A stretch of 64,000 bases of DNA from the NCBI GenBank assembly GCA_944350425.1, contig CALVOX010000005.1:26100-90099 (forward strand), written 5' to 3'. Below are positions 15,851 to 26,564 of this stretch, one piece after another (position 1 is the stretch's first letter; the number at the start of each line of letters is the position of its first letter). This stretch comes from an uncultured Bacilli bacterium (GTDB lineage: Bacteria; Bacillota_I; Bacilli_A; RFN20; CAG-826). A program made the position numbers and the translations under genes. The notes under the pieces are model-generated. The model did no database searches. It had not been told where the DNA came from and worked only from the letters and a program-made list of their open reading frames with translations.

Positions 15851-16471
15851 TTAGTGCACTCCATTATTTTTAATTAATTCACTATATTCATTAATTTTAT
15901 CGTTCTTTAAACTTTGTTTTTTCAAACTTTTTAGGTAATTCTTAAAAGTATCTAGATTATATATATGATAATCAGAAATATTTTTTATATTATCAAATAA
16001 AGCTATAGATTTAACAGGGAATGTATTTTCATTAAACCAATCATCTTCTTTCTTAAGCAAAGATATGATTGAATCTTTAATTTTATTTAATGCTTCAAAA
16101 GGATTAGGTAAAGAAGCTTTATCGATTTGATTATCAATCGGGACAGTATTAGCTTTTGCATCCTTTGATTTATTTAAAACATTATTTTTACTTCTATTAG
16201 ATTTAAAAAATGACTTCTTTTCTTCTTTTACTGGCATTACAAACCAAAAAGGATCTTGCTCGCTATTTAAAGATAATACACCTTTAGCATCATAAATATT
16301 GATAACAAAAATACCGACCTTAGAAACAATAATTAAGTCACACTTAGTCTTATTATCTAACGCGTAATTTAAAATAATATTTTCTTTAGTATAAAGAAAA
16401 TTATAAATTCTAAGAGCAATTTTTTCTTTATATGTATGATTAAATAGTCCCATCAGTATTTTTCCTAACAC
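15851..16471 (-). CDS. NERD-domain-like protein (apparently degenerate nuclease motif)
   Basis: KCDLIIVSKVGIFVINIYDAKG...DPFW...LPNPFEAL follows the NERD pattern, but the E-x-K position reads N-I-Y. The ORF starts at GTG; an ATG at 16453 is an alternative. Confidence 0.5.
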   Translation of the reverse strand: MLGKILMGLFNHTYKEKIALRIYNFLYTKENIILNYALDNKTKCDLIIVSKVGIFVINIYDAKGVLSLNSEQDPFWFVMPVKEEKKSFFKSNRSKNNVLNKSKDAKANTVPIDNQIDKASLPNPFEALNKIKDSIISLLKKEDDWFNENTFPVKSIALFDNIKNISDYHIYNLDTFKNYLKSLKKQSLKNDKINEYSELIKNNGVH

Positions 16472-16512
16472 AAACTTCCCTAATTATACAACATAAAGAG
16501 ATTTTAGTTAAC

Positions 16513-17055
16513 CTAGTTTAATTTGTCTTTGTTAAGAAGATAGAGTAAGAAAGCGTGAGTTGTCTTAGCATCTTTAATTTGGCCATTTACAATCATCTCT
16601 TTAATTTCGTCTTCGCTTTTGTAAAAAACTTCAACAAGTTCGTTCTCATCTAGATGTGTTTCGGTCATTTTTAAGTCTTTTGCAAAATATAAATCAATTA
16701 TTTCGTTAGTATAAGCAACACTAGGATAAGTTGAACCAAGATAGACTAAAGTATTTGCTTCATATCCTGTTTCTTCCTTTAATTCTCTAAAAGCAGTCAC
16801 TTTTCCGTCTTCATTAGGATCACTTTTTCCAGCAGGAAATTCAATAATTACATCATCATAAGGATATCTAAATTGTCTTTCTAATATAAATTTACCGTCA
16901 TTATTTAATGCGATTACGCAAGCTGCTTTTCCTTTATTAATAAACTCTCTTGTAGATTTATGACCGTTAGGACAAAGGACTTCGTCTTTATGTACTTCTA
17001 ATAAATGTCCTTTAAAAACAATTTCATCGGTAATTTTCTTTTCTTTTAAATCCAT
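16513..17055 (-). CDS. NUDIX hydrolase, ADP-ribose pyrophosphatase-like
   Basis: Nudix box GKSDPNEDGKVTAFRELKEETGY. Size and N-terminal beta region resemble NudF/YqkG. Confidence 0.8.
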   Translation of the reverse strand: MDLKEKKITDEIVFKGHLLEVHKDEVLCPNGHKSTREFINKGKAACVIALNNDGKFILERQFRYPYDDVIIEFPAGKSDPNEDGKVTAFRELKEETGYEANTLVYLGSTYPSVAYTNEIIDLYFAKDLKMTETHLDENELVEVFYKSEDEIKEMIVNGQIKDAKTTHAFLLYLLNKDKLN

Positions 17056-17161
17056 AAACTTTTACCCCTAAGCTTTTAATATTATACAATAACTAAGAGC
17101 AATTTAATTGAAAAGAATTAAATTTTATTAAATAATTATAAATACTTATTGGAGAAAAATA

Positions 17162-18064
17162 ATGGAAACTTACGATATTGTTATTATTGGTGCAGGACCT
17201 GCCGGAATTACGAGCGCAATATATGCTTCTAGAGCAGGATTAAATTATTGTTTAATTGAAAAAGGACCTATTGGCGGTAAAGTTATTAACGCTTACGAAA
17301 TTGAAAACTATCCTGGTTTTTCTAAAATAGAGGGACCAATGCTTGCCTTAAATTTCAGAAAACAAATAAAAGATTTAAATATTAATTTAAAGAAAGAGGA
17401 AGTTACATTAATTGATAAGATGGATGATACTTTCTATATCAACACAAACAAAGAAAAATACCAAGCAAAATATGTAATTATTGCTACTGGGACAAAGGAA
17501 AACGAATTAAAACTTCCTAATGAAGAAGCTTTAAAAGGTAGGGGTATTTCTTTTTGTGCAACATGTGATGGTGCTTTCTTTAAAGATAAAGATGTTGTTG
17601 TTTATGGTGGTGGAGATAGTGCGATCACCGAAGCTACTTTCCTTGCTCAAATTGTAAAACATTTAACTATTGTTTCACGTCATGAACTTAGAGGTGAAAC
17701 AAATAATATCAAGAAATTGCAAGCTTACAATAATGTATCTTATATTCCTAACACTATAATTACTGAAGTTATAGGTAAAGATTATCTTGAAGCAGTTAAA
17801 CTTTTAAGTTCTGATAATAAAGAAACTATTCTTAAAACAAATGGCTTATTCGTCTATATTGGTTCTAAACCTGAACTTAAGTTCTTAAACTACATGGATA
17901 TATTAAATAGTAAGGGATATATCGAAGTTGATAATCATTTTGAAACAAAAGTTCCTAATCTTTTTGCTATTGGTGACGTTATCGAAAAAGAACTTAGACA
18001 AATTGTCACTGCTGAAAGTGATGGAGCAAATGTAATTCATACTATCCAAAAAAAGATGGGATAA
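17162..18064 (+). CDS. trxB: Thioredoxin-disulfide reductase
   Basis: GAGPAG FAD motif, redox-active CATCDG, GGGDSA NAD(P)H motif. Confidence 0.9.
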   Translation: METYDIVIIGAGPAGITSAIYASRAGLNYCLIEKGPIGGKVINAYEIENYPGFSKIEGPMLALNFRKQIKDLNINLKKEEVTLIDKMDDTFYINTNKEKYQAKYVIIATGTKENELKLPNEEALKGRGISFCATCDGAFFKDKDVVVYGGGDSAITEATFLAQIVKHLTIVSRHELRGETNNIKKLQAYNNVSYIPNTIITEVIGKDYLEAVKLLSSDNKETILKTNGLFVYIGSKPELKFLNYMDILNSKGYIEVDNHFETKVPNLFAIGDVIEKELRQIVTAESDGANVIHTIQKKMG

Positions 18065-18132
18065 CTCATCTTTTTTTATTATAAAAATTTTTTAAATAGT
18101 ATAATAAATATAAGTTATTGGAGGACTAATGA

Positions 18133-20043
18133 ATGAGTGAAAATAATGCTATAAATCACGAATTTAACGATAAGGTAAGATTAGAAGATGATTTATATTC
18201 TTACGTTAATGGTAAATGGATTGAAAATGCTGTAATTCCTGATGATTTACCTTGTACTGGTGGATTTATTGATTTGTCTGTCGGTGTAGAAAAGTTGATG
18301 ATAGAAGAATTAAATGCTTTATCAAAACAAAATCAAATCGATGATGAATTATTAAATAGAGCAATTAATTTATATAAAAAGGTTTTAGATAATGATAATA
18401 GAAAAAAAGGTTTGAATGCTTTACTTGATAAAATTTCTTTATTAGATAACATAAAAGATAATGCATCTTTTAGATCATATTTATATTATTTATATGATAA
18501 TAATTATACTTTACCTTTCTCTCTAGGTGTTTCTATCGACAGTAAAGACGCAACTAAATATTGCTTAACAATTTCATCACCAAGTTTAATTTTACCAGAC
18601 GCTACAATGTATGGTAGCGATAGCGGAAATGCTTTACTTGGTGTATATAAATCTATGATTAAAGCTATTTTAGATGAGGTTGGAATCCAAGATTGTGATG
18701 ATTTAATTAATAAAACAATCGCTTTTGATGAAAGATTATCTAAAATAGTAAAAACTAATGAAGAATGGGCAGATTATATTAAGGCATACAATCCTTATGA
18801 AGTTTCTAAAGCTTGCTCACTTCTTGATTGGAATTTAAAAGATTTCATACATTCTAGATTTGGAAAAACACCTGAAAAAATAATTGTCGCAGACCCAAGA
18901 TTCTTAGATAACTATAAAGAATTAATGGAAGAACATTATGAAGAATTTAGTGCATGGTCTAAAGTCTTAACTTTATATTCAAATATTGGTTATATTAGTG
19001 AAGAATTTAGAGAACTTTCTTCAATTTATTCAAATGCATTAAGTGGTGCTAAAGCAGTAACTAATATCGACAAATATGCTTATAGACTAACGGATAGATT
19101 CTATTCTGAAGTTTTAGGAGTTTATTATGGTAAGAAATATTTTGGCGAAGAAGCTAAAAAAGATGTTATTTCTATCGTCCATAATTTAATAGAATCATAT
19201 AAACACCGTTTATTAAATAATACATGGTTATCTAAAGATACTATCAAAAAAGCTATTTTAAAACTTGATACGATGATTATTAAAATCGGTTATCCAGATA
19301 AAGTTGAAGAATCCTATAAACATTTAGTATTTAGTGAAGATAAATCTTTATATGAAATAGTTGAAGAATTATCAAAGATTAAATCTCAATATTATGATTC
19401 TTTACTCTTTAAAGAAGTTGATCATTCATTATGGGTTATGTCTGGAAATACAGTTAATGCTTGTTATAATCCTTCATTCAATGATATAACTTTCCCTGCT
19501 GCTATTTTGCAACATCCATTCTATTCATTATCTCAAAGTGTTGAAGAAAATTATGGTGGAATTGGTTGCGTTATTGGACATGAAATCTCTCATGCTTTTG
19601 ATAATAATGGTGCTCAAATGGATGAAAAAGGAAATATTAATAATTGGTGGACAAAAGAAGATTATGAACATTTCCAAGAAAAAACAGAATTAATGATTAA
19701 AGAATTTGATTCTCTAGAATTAAATGGAAATAAAGTTAATGGTAAATTGACTGTTAGTGAAAATATTGCCGATAATGGTGGCATTACTTCTTCTTTAGAA
19801 TCACTCCATAGAATAAAACCTGATGCTGACTTAAAATTATTCTTTATAAACTATGCACGTATTTGGTGCATCAAGCAAAGACCAGAATATGAAAAACTTC
19901 TTCTTACAGTCGATGTTCATGGACCAGCATATTATAGAGCTAACATGCAAGTTAGAAACTTCGAAGAGTTTTATCAAGCTTTTGATATTAAAGAAGGAGA
20001 CAAGATGTTCCTGCCAAAAGAACAAAGAGTTATTATTTGGTAG
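18133..20043 (+). CDS. pepO: M13 family zinc metalloendopeptidase
   Basis: HEISHAF (HExxH) and ENIADNGG motifs. 636 aa. Confidence 0.9.
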   Translation: MSENNAINHEFNDKVRLEDDLYSYVNGKWIENAVIPDDLPCTGGFIDLSVGVEKLMIEELNALSKQNQIDDELLNRAINLYKKVLDNDNRKKGLNALLDKISLLDNIKDNASFRSYLYYLYDNNYTLPFSLGVSIDSKDATKYCLTISSPSLILPDATMYGSDSGNALLGVYKSMIKAILDEVGIQDCDDLINKTIAFDERLSKIVKTNEEWADYIKAYNPYEVSKACSLLDWNLKDFIHSRFGKTPEKIIVADPRFLDNYKELMEEHYEEFSAWSKVLTLYSNIGYISEEFRELSSIYSNALSGAKAVTNIDKYAYRLTDRFYSEVLGVYYGKKYFGEEAKKDVISIVHNLIESYKHRLLNNTWLSKDTIKKAILKLDTMIIKIGYPDKVEESYKHLVFSEDKSLYEIVEELSKIKSQYYDSLLFKEVDHSLWVMSGNTVNACYNPSFNDITFPAAILQHPFYSLSQSVEENYGGIGCVIGHEISHAFDNNGAQMDEKGNINNWWTKEDYEHFQEKTELMIKEFDSLELNGNKVNGKLTVSENIADNGGITSSLESLHRIKPDADLKLFFINYARIWCIKQRPEYEKLLLTVDVHGPAYYRANMQVRNFEEFYQAFDIKEGDKMFLPKEQRVIIW

Positions 20044-20060
20044 TTAAAAATTAAATTTAT

Positions 20061-20096
20061 AAAAATCCGATTGTTTTATCGCAATCGGATTTTTTG
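20061..20096 (+). terminator. Rho-independent terminator of pepO
   Basis: 9-bp stem ATCCGATTG/CAATCGGAT followed by TTTTT. Confidence 0.75.
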
Positions 20097-20106
20097 TTAC
20101 ATAAAC

Positions 20107-20150
20107 TAGAAAAAATAAAAAGCTGCTAGATTTTAATTTTTCTAACAGCT
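20107..20150 (-). terminator. Rho-independent terminator of lysS
   Basis: AGCTGCTAGA/TCTAACAGCT stem with one mismatch, followed on the minus strand by a T-rich tract. Confidence 0.6.
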
Positions 20151-20167
20151 TCTAATAATTGGGCTAA

Positions 20168-21652
20168 TTATTTTTCATCCTTCATTGTAGGGAATAAAAT
20201 AACTTCTCTTATGGATGGTTGATTTAAAAGTAACATAACTAATCTATCAATACCAATTCCAATACCGCCAGTTGGTGGTAAACCATAATTCATGGCATCA
20301 AGGAAGTTAAGATCCATTTCATTAGCTTCATCATCACCTAATTCTTTGGCTCTAAGTTGTGCTTCGAATCTTTCTTTTTGATCAAATGGATCATTTAATT
20401 CAGAATATGCATTAGCAAATTCCCAACCATTAATATAAAGTTCGAATCTTTCAGTAAATCTTGGGTCTGGAGATTTTTTTGTTAATGGCGAAACTTCGAT
20501 TGGATGATGGTAAACAAAGGTTGGTTGAATTAATTCATCTTCACAAAGTTCTTCAAATAAAGCATTTAAATAATATCCAGTTGAAGTCCAGTGTTTTTCA
20601 ACTTTAATTTTATATTGTTCACATAATGCTTTTGCTTGTTCTAAAGAAACATCATCTTTAAAATCTACACCTGTTTTTTCTTTAACAAGTTCGCTCATTT
20701 CAACCCATCTAAATTCATCTTTGAAATCGATAACTTTTCCTTGATATTCAAGGTTATCAGTATGTAAAACATTAGCTAATACATAACGAATTACACCTTC
20801 GCAAATTTCTCTCATTGATTGCAAATCGCCGAATGCTTCATAAAGCTCAACAGTTGTAAATTCTGGATTATGTCTTGTGTCCATTCCCTCGTTTCTAAAT
20901 AAACGACCAAATTCATAAACTTTTTCTAATCCACCAACAATTAATTTCTTTAATGGTAATTCGGTTGCAATTCTTAAATAGAAATCTTTATTTAAAGCGT
21001 TGTGGTGCGTAATAAATGGTCTTGCATTAGCTCCACCCAAAATTGGTGAAAGAACACTTGTTTCAACTTCAACAAATCCTTGATCATCGAAGTATTTTTG
21101 CATTGCTCTAATAATTTGTGGTCGTCCTAAAGCTACTTTTTTAGCTTCTTCATTCATGATTAAGTCAACATATCTATGTCTATATCTTTCTTCGACATCA
21201 GTTAAACCATGGAATTTTTCAGGAAGTGGTTTTAAAGCTTTTGTTAAGAATGTAAATTCATCTACCTTTACGGTTAATTCACCTGTTCTTGTTCTCATTA
21301 AATGACCTTTAATACCAACAATATCGCCCACATCAGTTAATTTAAAAATGGAATATGATTCTTCACCAACTGTTTCAATAGAAATATATGCTTGGATTTT
21401 TCCTTCTTTATCTTGAATAGTTAAAAAAGAAGCCTTTCCCATTCTTCTTAAAAGCATGATACGACCTGCGATTTTAACATCAATTCTAGAATTTTCTAAA
21501 TCTTCTTCGGTTTTACCTTCTGCTTTTTCCTTACATGTTTTGGAATTATCTGTTCTATCGAACCTTTGACCCCATGGATATATTCCATGTTCTTCTAATT
21601 TTGCTAACTTTTCTCTTCTCGATTTTTCTTGATCAGTAAGTTTTTCTTCCAT
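20168..21652 (-). CDS. lysS: Lysine--tRNA ligase (class II)
   Basis: Full-length match to the LysRS pattern: FRNEGMDTRHNPEFT (motif 2) and GIGIGIDRLVMLL (motif 3). Confidence 0.97.
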   Translation of the reverse strand: MEEKLTDQEKSRREKLAKLEEHGIYPWGQRFDRTDNSKTCKEKAEGKTEEDLENSRIDVKIAGRIMLLRRMGKASFLTIQDKEGKIQAYISIETVGEESYSIFKLTDVGDIVGIKGHLMRTRTGELTVKVDEFTFLTKALKPLPEKFHGLTDVEERYRHRYVDLIMNEEAKKVALGRPQIIRAMQKYFDDQGFVEVETSVLSPILGGANARPFITHHNALNKDFYLRIATELPLKKLIVGGLEKVYEFGRLFRNEGMDTRHNPEFTTVELYEAFGDLQSMREICEGVIRYVLANVLHTDNLEYQGKVIDFKDEFRWVEMSELVKEKTGVDFKDDVSLEQAKALCEQYKIKVEKHWTSTGYYLNALFEELCEDELIQPTFVYHHPIEVSPLTKKSPDPRFTERFELYINGWEFANAYSELNDPFDQKERFEAQLRAKELGDDEANEMDLNFLDAMNYGLPPTGGIGIGIDRLVMLLLNQPSIREVILFPTMKDEK

Positions 21653-21723
21653 AAACTTTAATCCTTTCGTTTACACCTTGTTATTTTAATAAAATAATCT
21701 ATAAATTTAAAGAAAATACGATA

Positions 21724-22704
21724 CTAAACGTCATTTTTTGTTAATATCAATACAATATTTTTTAAATCTTCGATTGAATTTATATTACCAGTAATTTCTC
21801 TTCTAATATTTTTTGCAAAAGAAAAATGTGAATAGAATTTTGGAACAATCCCTTTTAAAACTGAAACAGCTCTTTTTTCACCGATTTCTTTTACAAGTAA
21901 ATCAACATATTCAAATAAATATTTTGTTTGATCGTTAATATTTGGTTCTTTAATATCACCAATTCTATCAAAATAGTTATTAATATTTTTAACTAATAAC
22001 GGATTTCCTATACCACCTCGAGCAACTAAAATAGCATCAGCATGGGTAATTTTATCTGCCTTTATTGCATCTTCTAAAGAAAAAATATTTCCGCTTACCC
22101 CAAAAGGGATAGAAATTATATTTTTTAAATTAGCTAAAGCTTCATAATGAGCTTCCCCAGTATAACCTTCTTTTTTAGTTCTACAATGAATAGAAAGAAA
22201 TGAGACTCCTGCTTTTTCTAATCTTTTTGCAATGTTTTCAACATTATTTTCCTCCCACCCTAATCTTATTTTAGCAGTAACTGGTTTTTTCGAGACTTTT
22301 ACTAACGAATTAGCCATATCTTCCATCGCATCTAAGTCTTTTAGCCAACTAGAGCCCCCGTTATTTTTAGTAACTTTTGGAACAGGGCAAGCTAAATTTA
22401 AATCTAAAATATCGTATTGTAAGTTTGAATTTTCTAAAATTTCTAATCCTTTTAATAAATTTTCTTTGCTGCCGCCGAAAAGTTGAATAGCAAGAGGACC
22501 ATCACTTCCGTCAGAATAACACATATCTAATGTTTTCTTATTATTATAGATAAGACCGCAATCAGATATCATTTCTGAGAATGTAAGGCCAACACCAAAA
22601 TTCTTGAAAAATTTTCTATAAGAAAAAGAAGTTATCCCAGCCATTGGGGCTAAGATAACTTTTCCTTTAATAGTTATATCTTTTATTTTAAATTGATAAG
22701 CCAT
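21724..22704 (-). CDS. dus: tRNA-dihydrouridine synthase
   Basis: LAPMAGIT, DLNLACP and IHCRT motifs. Conserved ftsH-dus-lysS order as in Firmicutes. Confidence 0.9.
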   Translation of the reverse strand: MAYQFKIKDITIKGKVILAPMAGITSFSYRKFFKNFGVGLTFSEMISDCGLIYNNKKTLDMCYSDGSDGPLAIQLFGGSKENLLKGLEILENSNLQYDILDLNLACPVPKVTKNNGGSSWLKDLDAMEDMANSLVKVSKKPVTAKIRLGWEENNVENIAKRLEKAGVSFLSIHCRTKKEGYTGEAHYEALANLKNIISIPFGVSGNIFSLEDAIKADKITHADAILVARGGIGNPLLVKNINNYFDRIGDIKEPNINDQTKYLFEYVDLLVKEIGEKRAVSVLKGIVPKFYSHFSFAKNIRREITGNINSIEDLKNIVLILTKNDV

Positions 22705-24785
22705 TAATTTTCGTCTTTTTTCTCTGCTACTTCATCAGTTTCAGAAGCTTCTTTATTTTCTTCACTTATTTTATTTTTATCTTCTTGAACTAATGTATCT
22801 TCGAGTTTTTTATCTTCTATAGGGGAAGGTTTTTGTTCTTCGTTAGCAAGTTTATTTAACTCGTTAAGATCTTTTGGAAGTTCCCTGTGCTCTAAAAGAT
22901 AATTAATTTGTTCCTCTGTAATTGTTTCATTTTCAAGAAGTGTTTTAGCAATTAATTCAACATCTTCTTTTCTTTCGATAATAATTTTTCTTGCTAATTC
23001 ATGAGCATCTTCAACAATCTTTTTAACTTCTGCATCAATTTTATTTGCAACATCACCCGAGAAGTTTTTAGTGGTATTTGTGTAATCTCTTCCTAGGAAA
23101 ACGTTACCTGAAGGTTTTTCGTATTGGATAGGTCCTAAAGAAGACATACCATACTCAACAACCATACTTCTAGCAATTAATGTTGCTCTTTCAATATCAT
23201 TACTAGCACCAGTTGATACATCATTAAAGAATACTTCTTCAGCTGTACGGCCACCAAGTAAACCACAGATTTCTGCTTCAAGTTCTTTTTTTGTCATTAA
23301 GAATCTATCTTCATCTGGGCTCATTAATACGTGACCACCAGTTCTTCCTCTAGGGATAATAGTGATTTTTCTTACCTTATCAGCATCAGGAAGAGTTAAA
23401 CCGATAATAGCATGACCTGATTCATGGTGAGCAACTCTAATTCTTTCTTTCTCAGTTAAGCCTTTACTTGCTCTAGCTGGACCAGCAATTCTTCTATCAA
23501 TTGCTTCATCAATATCAGCTAAAGTAATAAATTCCTTCTTACCTCTAATTGCAAGAATCGCAGCATCGTTTAAGATAGAAGCAATATCTGCTCCAGAGAA
23601 ACCAACAGTTCTTTTTGCTAAGAAACCAAAATCGATATTTGGATCAAGTTTTTTATTTTTAGCATGAACTTTAAATATAGCTTCTCTACCTGTTTTATCA
23701 GGTAATGAAACTGTGACTTGTCTATCAAATCTTCCTGCTCTTAATAAAGCTGGGTCTAGAACATCATCTCTATTAGTTGCGGCAATAACAATAATTCCGC
23801 TATTCTCCTCGAAACCATCAAGTTCAACTAATAATTGGTTAAGAGTTTGTTCTCTTTCATCGTTACCGCCTCCTAAACCAGCACCTCTTTGTCTACCAAC
23901 GGCATCAATTTCATCTATGAAGACAACGCAAGGTGCATTTTGCTTAGCAGTTTTAAATAAATCTCTAACTCTACCAGCACCAACACCAACGAACATTTCA
24001 ACGAAATCAGAACCAGAAATTGAATAGAAAGGAACACCAGCTTCGCCAGCAACAGCTTTTGCAAGTAATGTTTTGCCAGTTCCAGGAGGGCCTACTAAAA
24101 GTATACCTTTTGGTAATTTAGCACCATATTTTGTGTATTTTTTAGGTTCTTTAAGATAATCGACAACCTCGACTAATTCAGCTTTTTCAGCATCACAACC
24201 AGCGACATCGTCAAATTTGACTTTAGAATCATCTACTCTTCTTGCTCTAGATTTATTAAAGTTCATTGCTTGAGAGTTACTTCCAGCACTTGACATTAAA
24301 ATCTTAAAGAAGAAATAAGCAATACCAATCATTACAACAGTAGAAATAATAGTTGGTAACCAGCTTAAGAACCAGTTTTCTTGAACAACAGTTGAAGTAA
24401 CACTACCATTAGGATTAAATTCCTTAATTTGAGCAGCTAAGACTACTTCTAAACCTCTTTGAGATTCATCATTAATTCCTTCGGTAGTAAAAATGCCATT
24501 ATAATAAGACTCTCTTGACATTACGAAAGTAAAGTATTGACTACCTTGATAAGGTTTATCAAGAGCGAATTCTATTTGCATATTGTCGCCATCTTGATAA
24601 GTGGCGGCATCAGTAACTGTAAATTCATCAGTATCATTCGTAATTAATGTAATACCTTCTTTAGTTGAAACGCTTCTATAAGGCGAAGAGTTAAAACCAA
24701 CAAGTAGGTAAATCATAAGTCCTAAGAAGGCTAATAAAATAATATAAATTATGATATTAAACCAAGAACGCTTTTTCTTATCCAT
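22704..24785 (-). CDS. ftsH: ATP-dependent zinc metalloprotease FtsH
   Basis: Two TM helices, Walker A GPPGTGKT, an SRH region and zinc motif HESGHA. Confidence 0.97.
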   Translation of the reverse strand: MDKKKRSWFNIIIYIILLAFLGLMIYLLVGFNSSPYRSVSTKEGITLITNDTDEFTVTDAATYQDGDNMQIEFALDKPYQGSQYFTFVMSRESYYNGIFTTEGINDESQRGLEVVLAAQIKEFNPNGSVTSTVVQENWFLSWLPTIISTVVMIGIAYFFFKILMSSAGSNSQAMNFNKSRARRVDDSKVKFDDVAGCDAEKAELVEVVDYLKEPKKYTKYGAKLPKGILLVGPPGTGKTLLAKAVAGEAGVPFYSISGSDFVEMFVGVGAGRVRDLFKTAKQNAPCVVFIDEIDAVGRQRGAGLGGGNDEREQTLNQLLVELDGFEENSGIIVIAATNRDDVLDPALLRAGRFDRQVTVSLPDKTGREAIFKVHAKNKKLDPNIDFGFLAKRTVGFSGADIASILNDAAILAIRGKKEFITLADIDEAIDRRIAGPARASKGLTEKERIRVAHHESGHAIIGLTLPDADKVRKITIIPRGRTGGHVLMSPDEDRFLMTKKELEAEICGLLGGRTAEEVFFNDVSTGASNDIERATLIARSMVVEYGMSSLGPIQYEKPSGNVFLGRDYTNTTKNFSGDVANKIDAEVKKIVEDAHELARKIIIERKEDVELIAKTLLENETITEEQINYLLEHRELPKDLNELNKLANEEQKPSPIEDKKLEDTLVQEDKNKISEENKEASETDEVAEKKDEN

Positions 24786-24946
24786 AATTCCTCCTATGAA
24801 TTCAATATTTTATAATACGTTTCTATTTTTTTAAAGTTTAATTTACAACATAGTTAATCAAAAATATTTAGGAATATTTATCTAAAAGATAAATCTTATA
24901 AATGATAACACATAATTTTTTATTTATGTATTAAAAAGACTTAAGT

Positions 24947-26323
24947 TTACATTAAAGAGTTAATATTGATAGATTCATCAATTGTTTCGTCAAGATTTTT
25001 AACTCTTTCATCAAGCTTTGATAATTCAACTAGATTAAATTTAAATATCGATTTAGAAGTAATTTTTACCTTTTTCATATATCGAGGAATATAGATTAAT
25101 TCATTAGTTTTTGGATTATAAATACCTGGATAAATCTTACGATATTCACTTGGTAGTTTCATATCAATAAAAATATGGGATACCCTTTTAGATGATTTTG
25201 TTCCATCTTTTCCTAAATATGTATAATATTCATCTTTAGAAACTGGTTTAATAAGCACTTTTTCAAACATTTTAAAAAGATTCTCAGTCTTTTTATTATG
25301 CAAAAATTTAATATATTTGTTTCCATCTTGATCAAGAATGAATTCGTATTTAGATTCATAAATATAATCAATTTTAAAATAACCATATTCAATAAAGATA
25401 TAATAAGGGGTGTTTGTTAAAGGAATAATCATATTTTTATTAAGTTTAATTTTTTGATAAATATCGATTATTTCTTTTTTTGAGATATCTTTTAAATATA
25501 AAAATTTTGAGATGTAATAGTAAAAGAAATTAATAAATTCTTTTTCGTTTAAACGATTAATTTCGTCTTTGTCATCTAAAATATCTTTTATTTTTACATC
25601 CTTGTTTAGCTCATATAACTTAAAAATGTCTTCAATTTTAATTAAATTATCTTTATTTACTAATTTTAAATATAACTTCGAGTCTTCCTTTTTAGCCTTA
25701 TTTTTTTCATTAATTTCTTTTAAGTATTTATTTACTTCAGCTTTTGTTAATTTAGAAACATAATTATTACGGATATCGTTTCTTAAATAAGAATTATCAA
25801 AATTAGATTTATCAATTAAATAAGGAATAAAATGACGAATATTATAAGTTAATAAATCAAGTTTACGATATTTTAAAAGAGGGCGAATATATTTAGTATT
25901 ACCTCTATAAAAAATAGATTTTAATCCATAATAAGAAACAAAATTACTTCTTTTTGTTTGAATAATAAAAGTTTCTATTAAATCATCTAGATTGTGAGCG
26001 ATTAAAACAGCCTCATATTTATGTTCTTTATTAAGTTCTTCAAAATAGTTATAGCGAACATCTCTTGCCCATTTCTCTATATTTTTATCCTTTTCTTTAT
26101 TATAAAAAGCTTCTTTAATATATAAATTTTTAGAATTTAAAAAAGAAAAAGCTTTAATTTTCTTTTCTTCTTCGTCGCTTTCTTCTCTTAAATGATAATT
26201 AATAAAAGCAACATCAAAATCAATATTTGCCTTTAAAAGTAAGGCATATAATGCCATCGAATCTGGCCCAAAAGAGCAGGCTAAAAGGTATTTTTTATCT
26301 TTCTTGATCTTCGATAATTTCAT
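24947..26323 (-). CDS. tilS: tRNA(Ile)-lysidine synthetase
   Basis: PP-loop LLACSFGPDSMAL and the conserved position upstream of ftsH. Confidence 0.85.
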   Translation of the reverse strand: MKLSKIKKDKKYLLACSFGPDSMALYALLLKANIDFDVAFINYHLREESDEEEKKIKAFSFLNSKNLYIKEAFYNKEKDKNIEKWARDVRYNYFEELNKEHKYEAVLIAHNLDDLIETFIIQTKRSNFVSYYGLKSIFYRGNTKYIRPLLKYRKLDLLTYNIRHFIPYLIDKSNFDNSYLRNDIRNNYVSKLTKAEVNKYLKEINEKNKAKKEDSKLYLKLVNKDNLIKIEDIFKLYELNKDVKIKDILDDKDEINRLNEKEFINFFYYYISKFLYLKDISKKEIIDIYQKIKLNKNMIIPLTNTPYYIFIEYGYFKIDYIYESKYEFILDQDGNKYIKFLHNKKTENLFKMFEKVLIKPVSKDEYYTYLGKDGTKSSKRVSHIFIDMKLPSEYRKIYPGIYNPKTNELIYIPRYMKKVKITSKSIFKFNLVELSKLDERVKNLDETIDESININSLM

Positions 26324-26564
26324 CTTTAATTACATCATACATCTTGTTTGCTTCATCTTTTAAAATATGGTCTTTAATAAAATTGATTTTTACAACAAGA
26401 TGATGTCTCCCGAGTGTTAAATCTAAAATATCGCCTTCTTTAATTTCACTTGAAGGTTTGCATGGTTTTCCATTAAGAAAAAAGATATCTCTAGAAGCAA
26501 GTTCTTTAGCTACACTTCTTCTTTTAATTAATCGAGAAACTTTTAAATATTTATCTAATCTCAT
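26295..26564 (-). CDS. yabO: S4-domain RNA-binding protein (YabO/RqcP, Hsp15-like)
   Basis: MRLDKYLKVSRLIKRRSVAKE S4 motif. 89 aa, overlapping both mfd and tilS. Confidence 0.8.
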   Translation of the reverse strand: MRLDKYLKVSRLIKRRSVAKELASRDIFFLNGKPCKPSSEIKEGDILDLTLGRHHLVVKINFIKDHILKDEANKMYDVIKDEIIEDQER

